From positions 192,053-256,052 of the forward strand of contig CAYVQF010000001.1 of NCBI GenBank assembly GCA_964454015.1: a DNA stretch of 64,000 bases. Reading direction: 5' to 3'. The notes below the pieces were generated by a model. It worked only from the letters and a program-made list of their open reading frames with translations. It was not told where the DNA came from and did no database searches. This document shows positions 39,506 through 49,351 of the stretch, piece after piece (the stretch's first letter is position 1; every line of letters begins with the position of its first letter). The translations under genes were made by a program, and so were the position numbers. Source of the DNA: an uncultured Myxococcales bacterium (GTDB lineage: Bacteria; Myxococcota_A; Bradymonadia; UBA4248).

Positions 39506-41392
39506 TTGACGATGCAGACGCTAGAATTCGCAGCACAGATCGGCTTGGATGTCGGTGTGCCGTGGCTGTCCTTGGTGGTGTGGTTGCCGCTGTTGGGAGC
39601 CCTGTGGCTTTTGTTGCTGCCAGCGGCACAGAAGCCGTTGATTCGGGGCACGGCGTTGGTGGTGACGCTGTTGGAGTTGGCGCTGTGCGGTGTGCTCTTC
39701 ATCGGCTTTCAGGCTGATTACCGGGCCTTTCAGTATGTGGAGACCCTGGCGTGGATTCCCCAGCTTGGGGCGACCTATACCATAGGCTTGGATGGGGTTT
39801 CGTTGTGGCTGGTGTTATTGACGGCATTGTTGGCGCCGATCATGGTGCTGAGCAGTCGTCGTTCCGTGGTGCAGGGTGAGAAGGGCTTTTACGTCTGTTT
39901 GTTGGCCTTACAGACGGGCATCATTGGGGCTTTGGCGGCGCTGGATGTGCTGTTGTTCTACTTTTTCTGGGAGATCATGCTGATCCCGATGGTGTTGTTG
40001 ATCGGCCTGTGGGGTGGCGAGCGGAGAGTCTATGCGTCGGTGAAGTTCTTTTTGTTCACCATGGTGGGTTCGCTGTTGATGCTGGTGGCGATTCTCTACC
40101 TCTATTTTCAGACGGCGGGTGTGACCTTGGACGGGGGCTATTCTTTTAGCCTGACAGCGTTTTTGGCGGTGCCGCTGACGGGTACGGAGCAGGCCTGGCT
40201 CTATGGTGCGTTCTTTGTGGCGTTTGCCATCAAGATCCCTCTCTTTCCCCTACACACCTGGTTGCCCGATGCGCACACCGAGGCGCCGACGGCTGGCTCG
40301 GTGGTGCTGGCGGCGGTGCTGCTGAAGCTCGGGGCCTATGGCCTCTTCCGTTTCGCGATGCCCTTGTTTCCTTTGGCGGTGTTGCGTTTTGCCGGTTTGG
40401 TCGGGGCGCTGGCGGTGATCGGCATCATCTATGGTGGTTTGGTGGCGATGGTGCAGAAGGACATCAAGCGGCTGATTGCTTACTCTTCGGTGAGTCACCT
40501 TGGTTTCGTGGTGTTGGGTTTGATGGCGCTGACGCCGCAGGGGGTGGAGGGTGCGCTTTTTCAGATGTTGGCCCATGGGATCTCGACGGGGGCGTTGTTT
40601 TTGTGCATCGGCATTCTCTACGAGCGACGCCACACGCGTTTGATCAGCGACTTTGGCGGTCTCGCTCGGCAGACGCCTGTGTTTGCAGCGGTCTTTTTGA
40701 TCATGGTTTTGGCGAGCGCTGCGTTACCGGGCTTGAATGGCTTTCCGGGCGAGTTTTTGGTGTTGTTGGGTACCTTTAGCAGCGGGGTCTTTGGTGCTGG
40801 TTGGGCGCAGGCGTTGGCTGCCTTGGCAGCGACGGGCATGATTTTGTCGGCGGTGTATCTCTTGTGGTCCTACCAGCGGGTGATGCTGGGGCCGTTGAGT
40901 AACCCCAAGAATCGGCAGTTGCGCGACATGAATCTGCGGGAGTGGATCTACATGGGTCCGCTGGTGGTATTGGTTTTCGTGATGGGGGTTTTCCCCAACT
41001 TGATTTTGGACGATTTGCGGCCGGCCAGTCACGAGTTTTTCCGTCTTTTCAATGCGAAGCTGGCGCGCAGCGGTGTGATCGCGGCGCCGGAGATGCCTGA
41101 GTTGAGCGCTGCCGATTTGTCCTATTATCCGGGGGTGGAGGCGTTGGCGCTGAGGGCGGTGCCCGCGGCGGTCGAGCGCAGGGGTGATGGGGATGTAGCG
41201 GGGTGCTACAAGTTGCGCGCCGATGTGGTCCTGCAGGCTCTGGGGGCGGCGCAGGGAGTGGCCGGCATCGGTCGAGTGGAGGGGAGTCCGCGGACGGCGA
41301 TGTTGGTAGCGCCATTTATTGGCAGCGTCTCTGAAGGTTCGGGGCTTGGGCAGGTGCGGGCTTTGGGTGGCAATGGCGAGGTAGGTCGATGA
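39506..41392 (+). CDS. nuoM: NADH-quinone oxidoreductase subunit M (with C-terminal extension)
   Basis: GLDGVSLWLVLLTALL, FFWEIMLIPM, PLHTWLPDAHTEAPTAGSVVLA and SSVSHLGFV motifs. The start could be 39512. Confidence 0.95.
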   Translation: MTMQTLEFAAQIGLDVGVPWLSLVVWLPLLGALWLLLLPAAQKPLIRGTALVVTLLELALCGVLFIGFQADYRAFQYVETLAWIPQLGATYTIGLDGVSLWLVLLTALLAPIMVLSSRRSVVQGEKGFYVCLLALQTGIIGALAALDVLLFYFFWEIMLIPMVLLIGLWGGERRVYASVKFFLFTMVGSLLMLVAILYLYFQTAGVTLDGGYSFSLTAFLAVPLTGTEQAWLYGAFFVAFAIKIPLFPLHTWLPDAHTEAPTAGSVVLAAVLLKLGAYGLFRFAMPLFPLAVLRFAGLVGALAVIGIIYGGLVAMVQKDIKRLIAYSSVSHLGFVVLGLMALTPQGVEGALFQMLAHGISTGALFLCIGILYERRHTRLISDFGGLARQTPVFAAVFLIMVLASAALPGLNGFPGEFLVLLGTFSSGVFGAGWAQALAALAATGMILSAVYLLWSYQRVMLGPLSNPKNRQLRDMNLREWIYMGPLVVLVFVMGVFPNLILDDLRPASHEFFRLFNAKLARSGVIAAPEMPELSAADLSYYPGVEALALRAVPAAVERRGDGDVAGCYKLRADVVLQALGAAQGVAGIGRVEGSPRTAMLVAPFIGSVSEGSGLGQVRALGGNGEVGR

Positions 41393-43095
41393 TTGTGAAA
41401 AGTGCAGATGTGCTGACCTTGCTGCCCTTTCTTGCGGTGCTAGGTGTGGCCGTTCTGGTGTTGGTGATGGATCTTTTCCACCGGACGGCGCAGCAGCGGG
41501 GCTACCTGGCGCACGTATCGGCGGTGGGTCTGGTGGTGGCTTTTGGCGCGGTGTTCTACGTCAGCAAGCAGGTGGTGCCGGGTGATGCTTTTGGCGGGAT
41601 GCTGTACCACGATGGCTTTACTCTTTTTTTGGATGGGATATTTCTCCTGGCGGCGTTGGTGACGGTGTTGCTATCACCGCGGTATTTGCAGGCGCACGGT
41701 GTGGAGTCGGGGGAGTATTACGTTCTGGTTTTGATGGCGACGGCGGGGATGATGCTCATGGCTGCGGCTGGGCATTTGTTGATGCTCTTCGTGGCGCTGG
41801 AGATGATGTCCTTGGCGGTCTATGTGTTGGTGGGATATTTCCGCCAGGACGGCCGCAGTGCCGAGGCGGCGATGAAGTATTTCTTCCTCGGGGCCTTTGC
41901 GAGCGCGTTGTTTTTGTATGGCAGCGCGCTGGTGTATGGGGTGTGTGGTTCCCTCCATTTTGAATCCATCGCCGTGGCGATTGGTTCTTCCATGCAGGCG
42001 GGGGACGGCGCTCTGGTGTTGCGCGAGGGGATGGGGTCGGCGACGCTGGATCCCTTGTTGTACATTGGCGTTTTGCTGTTGCTGGTGGGGATGGCGTTCA
42101 AGGTTGCCTTGGTGCCATTCCACATGTGGGCTCCCGATGCTTATAGCGGCGCCCCGATGACGGTGGTGGGCTTCATGGCGACAGGGGTCAAGGCAGCGGC
42201 CTTTGGTGCTTTGATACGGTTTTTGTTCATCGCCTTGGGGCCAGAGGTGACGCGCCTGGATGGGCAGGGGTGGGTGCAGCTCTTTTTCTACTTGTCATTG
42301 CTGACGATGATCCTGGGGAACCTGGTGGCGCTGGTTCAGGACGAGATCAAACGTATGCTGGCCTACGCCTCGATAGCGCATGCTGGTTATGGGATGGTCG
42401 GTTTGGTGGCAGCGGGCTATTTTGGTGCCGTGGGCGATGGCGCGCCGGTGCTGGGCTATGCGGGTAGCAGTTCGGTATTGTTTTATTTGTTTACCTACGC
42501 TGTGGCGACCTTGGGTGTCTTTGGGGTGCTGTCCTATTTGGGTTACAGCGGCCGCGACGTGCGTCGGATTACGGATTTGTCGGGTCTGGCGCGGTCTCAC
42601 CCGGGCTTGGCGGCAATGATGGGCTTTTTCCTGTTGTCCAGCGCAGGCATTCCCATGACGGCGGGCTTCATGGGGAAGTTCTATGTGTTCAAGATGGCCG
42701 TGGTTGCCGGGACGGTGAATCAGGATCCGGCCTTTTTTGTTTTGGTGGTGGTAGCGGTGTTGGCGAGTATGGGGGGCGCCTATTACTATCTTCGGGTGAT
42801 CGTCTGCATGTATATGAAGGAGGCGACGGTGGCGTTGGAAGTACGCCGCAGTCAGCCGGCGATGGTGGTGCTGGCGTTATTGGCGGGGCTGGTTTTGTGG
42901 GTGGGGGTGATGCCGAAGACGCTTTTCGAGTGGACGAGCGAAGGGATGAGGGATTTTCAGGGTGCCGTCGCCTACCCGGATCGGCGTTTCGTTCCAGAAG
43001 CGTATGTGCCTCAGGGTTTGAATCCGTTGGTGGAGGAGGGCGCTGTGCCCTTGCAGGTGGTTCCCAAGGGCGGATCTGGAGGCGTTGTTGAGTGA
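41389..43095 (+). CDS. nuoN: NADH-quinone oxidoreductase subunit N
   Basis: ALEMMSLAVYVLVG, KYFFLGAFASALFLYG, VPFHMWAPDAYSGAP and KRMLAYASIAHAGY motifs. ATGA overlap with nuoM. Confidence 0.95.
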   Translation: MIVKSADVLTLLPFLAVLGVAVLVLVMDLFHRTAQQRGYLAHVSAVGLVVAFGAVFYVSKQVVPGDAFGGMLYHDGFTLFLDGIFLLAALVTVLLSPRYLQAHGVESGEYYVLVLMATAGMMLMAAAGHLLMLFVALEMMSLAVYVLVGYFRQDGRSAEAAMKYFFLGAFASALFLYGSALVYGVCGSLHFESIAVAIGSSMQAGDGALVLREGMGSATLDPLLYIGVLLLLVGMAFKVALVPFHMWAPDAYSGAPMTVVGFMATGVKAAAFGALIRFLFIALGPEVTRLDGQGWVQLFFYLSLLTMILGNLVALVQDEIKRMLAYASIAHAGYGMVGLVAAGYFGAVGDGAPVLGYAGSSSVLFYLFTYAVATLGVFGVLSYLGYSGRDVRRITDLSGLARSHPGLAAMMGFFLLSSAGIPMTAGFMGKFYVFKMAVVAGTVNQDPAFFVLVVVAVLASMGGAYYYLRVIVCMYMKEATVALEVRRSQPAMVVLALLAGLVLWVGVMPKTLFEWTSEGMRDFQGAVAYPDRRFVPEAYVPQGLNPLVEEGAVPLQVVPKGGSGGVVE

Positions 43096-43338
43096 GTGCC
43101 ACGAAGAGAGAGAGCTTATGTCGGTGAGAGAAGGGCGCGGTCGATGGCAGTGGGCGGAGGAAGACCCGACGGTCTTGATCGTTCTGACCTTTCTATTGGT
43201 GTTGATGCTGAGTCTTCCGTGGCCAGCGTGTGGTCCGGCGCGGGCTCGCGGGGGCAGTGTTTCGTTGGTGAGTTGGGTGGGTGAGCATTTGGCGGTGTCT
43301 GGGGGGGAGCAGGATTGAGCGCAGTTGACGGTGAAGCG

Positions 43339-43755
43339 ATGGCTCGGATGCGACGGCGGGTGTTTTTTCGCGAGGGTTTGCGTTTCAGTTGTCAGCGATG
43401 TGGGGCGTGTTGCACGGGGGCGCCGGGCACGGTCTATTTCACTTTGGGTGAGGTGGAGGCATTGGCTGGTGCTCAGGGTCGTTCGGTGGAGGCTTTGTTG
43501 GGGGAGAAGTTCTATCCCTACCGCGATGGCTATAGTGCGCGGGAGTATGAGGATGGTCGCTGCGTGTTTTTTGCCGCGGGTTGTACGATTTATGAGCAGC
43601 GGCCGGCGCAGTGCCGTACTTTTCCGTTTTGGTTGAAGATATTGCGTTCGGAGGAGCGCTGGCGGGCGCTGGCGGAGCAATGTCCGGGGGTGGATCAAGG
43701 CGAGGTTCATGATTACGAAGCGATCTTGCGCATCGTGGGAGAGAGTCCGCTGTAG
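43339..43755 (+). CDS. YkgJ-family (UPF0153) cysteine-cluster protein
   Basis: CQRCGACC motif plus a later C...C...RPAQCRTFPF pattern. The start could be TTG 43315. Confidence 0.8.
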   Translation: MARMRRRVFFREGLRFSCQRCGACCTGAPGTVYFTLGEVEALAGAQGRSVEALLGEKFYPYRDGYSAREYEDGRCVFFAAGCTIYEQRPAQCRTFPFWLKILRSEERWRALAEQCPGVDQGEVHDYEAILRIVGESPL

Positions 43756-43870
43756 CAGCAGTGGCTGGCGGGAAATGTGGGTTGACGTGCGGGCGTGAGA
43801 GCCCTTAAGATTTTGCTAGGATTGCGTTGGTGCGGGCGCTCTGGGAGGGGGTGGCTGTTGCTGCGCGTGG

Positions 43871-45166
43871 TTGGGAGGAAGTGAGGACTTGCAGAGCCCA
43901 GACAATCTTTTTGAATGCGTCCGTGCCATTGCCCTCGCGGCCAAGGCTGCTGCACCTGGTTTGGCTGGTGCGGATCTCGGCACTCGAAACGGGGCATTGT
44001 TGGCGGCTGCGGACTTTCTTTTGCGCGACCTGGATAAGGTGTTGGCGGCCAATGGTGAGGATTTGGCCCAGGCGCGCTCTGCTGGGATGAGTGAAGCCAT
44101 GTTGGACCGCTTGCGCCTCGACGCGCCGCGGGTGGAGGGGATGGCTGCGGCGTTGCGCTCCCTGGTCGGGTTGCCGGACCCGTTGGGCGGGGTGGACGAG
44201 ATGTGGACGCGCCCGAACCAGCTTCGCGTGGGGCGGCGGCGTATTCCTTTGGGGGTGATCGGCATCATCTACGAGGCGCGCCCCAATGTTTCGAGTGACG
44301 CGGCGGGCCTGTGTATCAAGAGTGGCAACGCGGTGATTCTCAAGGGGGGGCGCGAGGCGCTGCAGAGCAATCGTGCGATCGTGGCGGTCATGCAAGAGGG
44401 ATTGCGTCACGTTGGTCTCGATCCGGCGGCGGTCTCTTATGTGCCGTATGTGGAGCGGGAGGCGGTGGCCCATCTGCTGACGCTCGAAGAGGCGATCGAT
44501 CTGGTGATTCCGCGTGGTGGCGAGGGATTGATCCGCTTCGTGACTGAGCACGCGACGATGCCCGTCATCAAGCATTACAAGGGGGTGTGTCACATTTACG
44601 TGCATGAGACGGCGGAAGTAGGGATGGTGACGCCCATCGTGTTGAACGCCAAGGTACAGCGGCCGAGTGTGTGCAACGCCGTGGAGACCTTATTGGTGGA
44701 TGCCCGTTGGCCGGTGGCGCACCTGCGCGCGGTGGCAGAGGCGTTGTGGAATGCCGGCGTGACGCTGCATGTTTGTGCAGAGAGTCACGTGGTGTTGGGT
44801 GACCATGCGCAGTGTGTTTTGGCGACGGACGAGGATTGGGGCCGAGAGTATCTGAGCTTGGATTTGGCCGTGCGGATTGTGAGAGACCAAGAGGCGGCGG
44901 TGGCGCATATTCGGCGCTATGGTTCGCTGCACACGGAGGCCATTTTGACGTCGTCCTATGCCGCGGCGGAGCGTTTTTTGGCGGAGGTAGACTCTTCAAC
45001 GGTGATGGTGAATGCGTCGACGCGGTTTGCTGACGGCGGTGAGCTTGGGCTGGGGGCTGAGATTGGGATAAGCACGACGAAGCTACACGCGTTTGGCCCC
45101 ATGGGCTTGCGTGAGTTGACCACGACGAAGTTCGTCGTATATGGCCAGGGTCAGGTTCGGGTTTGA
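43871..45166 (+). CDS. proA: glutamate-5-semialdehyde dehydrogenase
   Basis: SEAMLDRLRL, RRIPLGVIGIIYEARPNV, CIKSGNAVILKGG and VCNAVETLLV motifs. There is no upstream ATG: the start is TTG 43871 or TTG 43889, the latter preceded by GGAGGAAG. Confidence 0.9.
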   Translation: MGGSEDLQSPDNLFECVRAIALAAKAAAPGLAGADLGTRNGALLAAADFLLRDLDKVLAANGEDLAQARSAGMSEAMLDRLRLDAPRVEGMAAALRSLVGLPDPLGGVDEMWTRPNQLRVGRRRIPLGVIGIIYEARPNVSSDAAGLCIKSGNAVILKGGREALQSNRAIVAVMQEGLRHVGLDPAAVSYVPYVEREAVAHLLTLEEAIDLVIPRGGEGLIRFVTEHATMPVIKHYKGVCHIYVHETAEVGMVTPIVLNAKVQRPSVCNAVETLLVDARWPVAHLRAVAEALWNAGVTLHVCAESHVVLGDHAQCVLATDEDWGREYLSLDLAVRIVRDQEAAVAHIRRYGSLHTEAILTSSYAAAERFLAEVDSSTVMVNASTRFADGGELGLGAEIGISTTKLHAFGPMGLRELTTTKFVVYGQGQVRV

Positions 45167-45216
45167 GTGGCGGAGTCGCTCTGGGGGATGTCTCTCGAGC
45201 ACAACATGGAGAAAGA

Positions 45217-45672
45217 ATGCATCAGAATCTAGCGAGACTGCAGAGTTCCAGGCCAGGCAAAGAGGTGCTGGACGAGATCGATGAAGGGAGCGAATTGGCT
45301 TATGCCATTGCTGAGGCAGCGATGGCGAAGAAAGCGCTGGACCCGGTGATCATCGATGTGCGTGAGTTAGCGACTTATGCGGAGTATTTGGTGATTTGTA
45401 CGGGTCGTAACGATAGGCACGTGCACGCCATCGCGGTGGGGATCGATGGGGAGATTGGGCCGCACCGGTTGCTGGTGGGGCGCGAGGGGCTTGGCGATGG
45501 GCAGTGGGTGTTGTTGGACTACGGCGACGTGATTGTGCACGTGTTCTGTGGGCCTGCGCGGCGGCATTTCGACCTGGAGGCGTTGTGGAGCGATGTGCCG
45601 CGCCTGCCGGTGGAAGTCCCTGAGGAGCTGCAGGGTGAGCCTGGGCTCTATGCGGGATACAGTTCTGAGTGA
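45217..45672 (+). CDS. rsfS: ribosome silencing factor
   Basis: KKALDPVIIDVRELATYAEYLVICTGRNDRHVHAIA...WVLLDYGDVIVHVF pattern. Confidence 0.9.
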   Translation: MHQNLARLQSSRPGKEVLDEIDEGSELAYAIAEAAMAKKALDPVIIDVRELATYAEYLVICTGRNDRHVHAIAVGIDGEIGPHRLLVGREGLGDGQWVLLDYGDVIVHVFCGPARRHFDLEALWSDVPRLPVEVPEELQGEPGLYAGYSSE

Positions 45673-45696
45673 AGTCAATGGTCTGATGGATGGGCC

Positions 45697-46158
45697 GTGC
45701 CGTTTTTGGTCATCACTATCGATAAGCTGCGTTTTGCGCCGTACCGCGCGGCGTCCGATCTCTATCTGCAGCGTCTGCGTCATTATCAAGTGACGCAAGA
45801 GCGCGAGTTGAAACCGGCGCGTGGCAAGCACAGCGATGAGCAGGTGCGGCAGTTGGAGTCCGATGCGATTTTGGCTGCCCATGTGGGGCCGGGTCCGCTG
45901 GTGGTTTTGGATGAACGCGGAGATGGTGTGGGGAGCCTAGCGCTGGCCCAGCGTCTCGACCAGTGGTGTCAACGCGGTCAGGCCGTTTCTTTTGCGGTTG
46001 GAGGGGCTTTGGGCCATGCCGGGTCGTTGCGGGAGCGGGCTGATTGGCTGTGGTCGCTGTCGCCGCTGACCTTGCCTCATGAGCTGGCGCGGGTGCTTTT
46101 GTATGAGCAGCTCTATCGCGCCATGACGATTCTACGGGGTGAGCCTTACCACAAGTGA
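45697..46158 (+). CDS. rlmH: 23S rRNA (pseudouridine1915-N3)-methyltransferase
   Basis: SPOUT fold with a C-terminal LPHELARVLLYEQLYRAMTILRGEPYHK signature. Follows rsfS as in many bacteria. GTG start. Confidence 0.9.
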   Translation: MPFLVITIDKLRFAPYRAASDLYLQRLRHYQVTQERELKPARGKHSDEQVRQLESDAILAAHVGPGPLVVLDERGDGVGSLALAQRLDQWCQRGQAVSFAVGGALGHAGSLRERADWLWSLSPLTLPHELARVLLYEQLYRAMTILRGEPYHK

Positions 46159-46167
46159 GGTGGGCGA

Positions 46168-46857
46168 ATGGGGGCAGGTGGCGCAATGATGCGGCGCGTT
46201 CTCGAGCATTTGGCGGCGATGGTTTGGCCGCAGCGCTGTCCAGGCTGTGATGTTTTGGTCGAGGAAGAGGGCGCGTACTTTTGTAGTGCCTGTAGGGAGA
46301 CGCTGCGTTTGTGTGGCGCGATTTCGGCGCCTCTTGGCTACGAGGCCGCCAGCGCTTTGTATCTCTACGAGGGGTCCGTACAGACGGCGCTCTGCCGCTG
46401 GAAGTACGGCCAGCGGGAGAGCGCTGGGGCGTCGTTGTTAGGTCAGAGTCGCGCGGCTTTGGCGGCGCACTTGCCGCCCATGCCTGCCGGGACGTTGGTT
46501 GTGCCGGTGCCGCCCCACCCTTCCAAGGTTCGGGAGCGGGGTTTCGATCCGGCCTGGACGATAGGGCGTCTGGTGGCCGACCTGTTAATGGCGCGTGGGG
46601 ATGGGGCGCCAGGGGTGCGCTTTTCGGATCGCGCCTTGTGGCGTCAGCGGGCGACGCTGGCGCAAGCGTCGTTGGCGCTCGAGGCCCGGGCGGCGAATGT
46701 GGCGGGTGCTTTTGCGGCGTCGGACATGGGGGGCAAGGTGGTGGTGGTGGTAGACGACGTGCATACTACGGGGGCGACGGCTTCGGCTTGCGCGACGGCG
46801 TGCATGAGCGCGGGGGCAGGAGGGCTCTATTTTTTTGCGCTGGCAGCGACGCCATGA
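46168..46857 (+). CDS. ComF-family phosphoribosyltransferase-domain protein
   Basis: N-terminal zinc-finger-like CPGC...CSAC and a C-terminal PRTase motif VVVVDDVHTTGAT. Confidence 0.8.
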   Translation: MGAGGAMMRRVLEHLAAMVWPQRCPGCDVLVEEEGAYFCSACRETLRLCGAISAPLGYEAASALYLYEGSVQTALCRWKYGQRESAGASLLGQSRAALAAHLPPMPAGTLVVPVPPHPSKVRERGFDPAWTIGRLVADLLMARGDGAPGVRFSDRALWRQRATLAQASLALEARAANVAGAFAASDMGGKVVVVVDDVHTTGATASACATACMSAGAGGLYFFALAATP

Positions 46858-47004
46858 GGCTAAGCCTCTGAGTGGCTCGTGAAGCGAGGTCTGACTTGCG
46901 TGCAGTGCCGGGCGCTGGTAGAGGAAGGTTAGGGGGCAAGTCTAGGTGGGTGAGTGAGATGCGGTGATGCACCGCGGTGCGTCGCGGTCATGGGAGAGTG
47001 AAGG

Positions 47005-49209
47005 ATGCAACTACCTGATATCGGGGAGGTCGTCGCAGGTCGCTATCAGGTGCAACGTGAGATTGGCCGGGGCGGCTTCAGCGCCGTTTTCGCGGCGACG
47101 CAGTTGGCGATGGATCGGTTGGTTGCGTTGAAGGTGCTCTTGCCGCAGTCGGCGGCGGTGGAGACGGTGTGCGAGCGTTTTAGGCGGGAGGCGCATCTCG
47201 CCAAGAAGCTGTCGCATCCGAACACGATTCAGCTCTTTGACTTTGGGGTGAGCGAGGGTGGGTGCCCGTTCATCGCCATGGAGTATCTCGAAGGTGAGAC
47301 GCTGGAGACGGTGCTGGTGCGAGATGGCGCTTTGGGAGCGGTGCGAGCGGTGAGGATCGCCGTTCAGGTGCTCAAGAGTCTGTCGGAAGCGCATGGCCAT
47401 GGGGTTGTCCACCGCGATCTCAAGCCGGCGAACATTTTTCTGCGGGACTTGGATGGGGAGCGGGACTTCGTCAAGGTTCTGGACTTTGGGATCGCCAAAG
47501 TGGTGAGCGAGAGTGCGTTGACCCAGCAGGGGGTAGCTTTTGGGACCCCGAGCTACATGGCGCCAGAGCAGATACGTGGTTTGGAGTTGGGGCCGGCTGC
47601 AGACCTCTATTCGCTTTCGCTGATCATCCTGAAGATGTTGACGGGGAGGACAGCGGTAGACGGTGGTACGCCTATCGAGACGGCGGCGCTGCACTTGCTG
47701 CCAGACCCCGTGGCGATTCCGGCGTGGGTCGAGGGCTGCGCGCTGGGACCGATCATCAGGCGTGGTTTGGAGAAGGAGGCCCATAAGCGTTATGGCCGGG
47801 CGCTGGAGATGTTAGACGCCTTGCAGAGCGCCTCATTGACTTCTTTGGTGGTTGCGGCAGGAGACGATGACGACGATGCGAGGAGTGAGAGGCGTCCGCC
47901 CGCCTTGCAGGAAGACGACGATCATTTTTTCAAGTCTGAGCGTCCCTACAGGCGGCCGCTTTCCGGGGGCTTTGCCGCTGCTGCGGAGGCGGTGGAGGTG
48001 GTGGCGTCGCGGGCGGATTCGTCGGGGGATGATGCCAGCTTTGGTGTGCGTTTGTGTGCGGGCTCTGGCCAGGGAGTGGTGGATCAGATCGTCGCCATTG
48101 CAGGGCAGTTGTTGGTTCCGATAGAGATGCCCTGTGAGGTGGCGGCTGATGGCAGCGCGTGGTTGGCCCGCGGGTTGTCGCGGCGCAGCGCGCAGTCTCT
48201 GCGCCGGCAGCTCACGGGGTATGGGCTGCAGGTCGAGATGGTCGCGGGTGTGGTGCAGACGCAGCCGCTTCGTGGGGCGCGTGCTGTTGGGGGCCGCGAT
48301 GCGGCGGCAGCGGATGTGCCGTCGCAGCCGCAGCCAGTGAGCGGAGGTGATCCTCGGCTCGATTGGTTTGGCAGTGGCAGTGCTGATGCAGCGGCGCCCC
48401 CAAGCCAAAGTGAGGTGAGCGCTGCCCCCGCGGCAACGCGGGCCGGTTCAGCGGAAGGGAAGGGTGTGCCGTTGCCGGCCAGTGGGAGAGATCTGCCGGT
48501 GGTGGCAGCGACGCCTGCGCTTGGTGTTGGGTCGGAGCCGCCGCCGTTGCGGGCGAGCAGTGGCAGTGTTCGCCGCGTCCAAGCACCGCGGCCATTGGAC
48601 CAAGACGACGTGCATCCTTGGTTGCGCCTGGCCTTGATCGCCGGTGGTACGGTCGTGGCGATGTTGTTATTGTTGTGGTTGGTGCGCTCTTGGATGGGCT
48701 CGGGCGTTCCAGAACCTGCGGCGAGGGTGAATGATGGGAGTGCAAGCCGTGAGGCGCCGCGCGACGAGGCGGCTCCGGAAGATGATGACGAATGGTTTGA
48801 CGATGAGGATGACGAGGAGGGGTTGGGTCCGGCCGCGGAGGGCGCGCCGGTGATTTTTGGGGCGGGCGGCGACAGTGCCGCGGCTCAGGAGCTTTATAGT
48901 GAGGCGCTGATCAAGTGCCTGCGGGATGAGCATTTGGAGTGCCAGACCCTGATGGAGGCGGTCACGCTTCTGGATCCCAGCTTTCAGGATGCCTATAGCT
49001 GGGCTTTGCGAGCGCGTACGGCCTTGGATGGTCCGGCGGAGGATGCAGGCGAGGGGCCGGAGGCCGTGGGGGAAGAGGATGGTGACGCCGTCGAGCAGCG
49101 CGGCGCCGAGGCCGACGGCGAAGCGTCGCTGCAGGAGGGAGGCGCCGCTCCGGAGTCGCGAGTTGCGGGTAGCGCCGAGGAGGGGATTGGAGTAGAGGGG
49201 ATAGAATGA
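47005..49209 (+). CDS. Ser/Thr protein kinase, membrane-anchored with acidic C-terminal region
   Basis: GRGGFSAVF, VALK, HRDLKPANIF, DFG and TPSYMAPE motifs. Later a TM segment (LALIAGGTVVAMLLLLWLV) and an Asp/Glu-rich tail. Confidence 0.9.
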   Translation: MQLPDIGEVVAGRYQVQREIGRGGFSAVFAATQLAMDRLVALKVLLPQSAAVETVCERFRREAHLAKKLSHPNTIQLFDFGVSEGGCPFIAMEYLEGETLETVLVRDGALGAVRAVRIAVQVLKSLSEAHGHGVVHRDLKPANIFLRDLDGERDFVKVLDFGIAKVVSESALTQQGVAFGTPSYMAPEQIRGLELGPAADLYSLSLIILKMLTGRTAVDGGTPIETAALHLLPDPVAIPAWVEGCALGPIIRRGLEKEAHKRYGRALEMLDALQSASLTSLVVAAGDDDDDARSERRPPALQEDDDHFFKSERPYRRPLSGGFAAAAEAVEVVASRADSSGDDASFGVRLCAGSGQGVVDQIVAIAGQLLVPIEMPCEVAADGSAWLARGLSRRSAQSLRRQLTGYGLQVEMVAGVVQTQPLRGARAVGGRDAAAADVPSQPQPVSGGDPRLDWFGSGSADAAAPPSQSEVSAAPAATRAGSAEGKGVPLPASGRDLPVVAATPALGVGSEPPPLRASSGSVRRVQAPRPLDQDDVHPWLRLALIAGGTVVAMLLLLWLVRSWMGSGVPEPAARVNDGSASREAPRDEAAPEDDDEWFDDEDDEEGLGPAAEGAPVIFGAGGDSAAAQELYSEALIKCLRDEHLECQTLMEAVTLLDPSFQDAYSWALRARTALDGPAEDAGEGPEAVGEEDGDAVEQRGAEADGEASLQEGGAAPESRVAGSAEEGIGVEGIE

Positions 49210-49351
49210 GCGGAGAGGCGCGGGTCTGCGGGGTGGGGTGTCGGTGGCCCTTGCGTCTTGGCTTGATTGTGGTAAGAGCGGCGGGTGTTTTGCTGGGAGC
49301 GTAGCAGAGGGGGGCGCGAAATTTGTGGATAGTCAGTGGGTTGGCGCGGCC

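Noticed and set aside
43118-43318. 66-aa ORF after nuoN with one hydrophobic segment (MSVREGRGRWQWAEEDPTVLIVLTFLLVLMLSLPW…)
   Set aside because: There is no recognisable family or clear ribosome-binding site, and the composition after the hydrophobic stretch looks non-coding. It may still be a small membrane protein, but the sequence alone does not support it.
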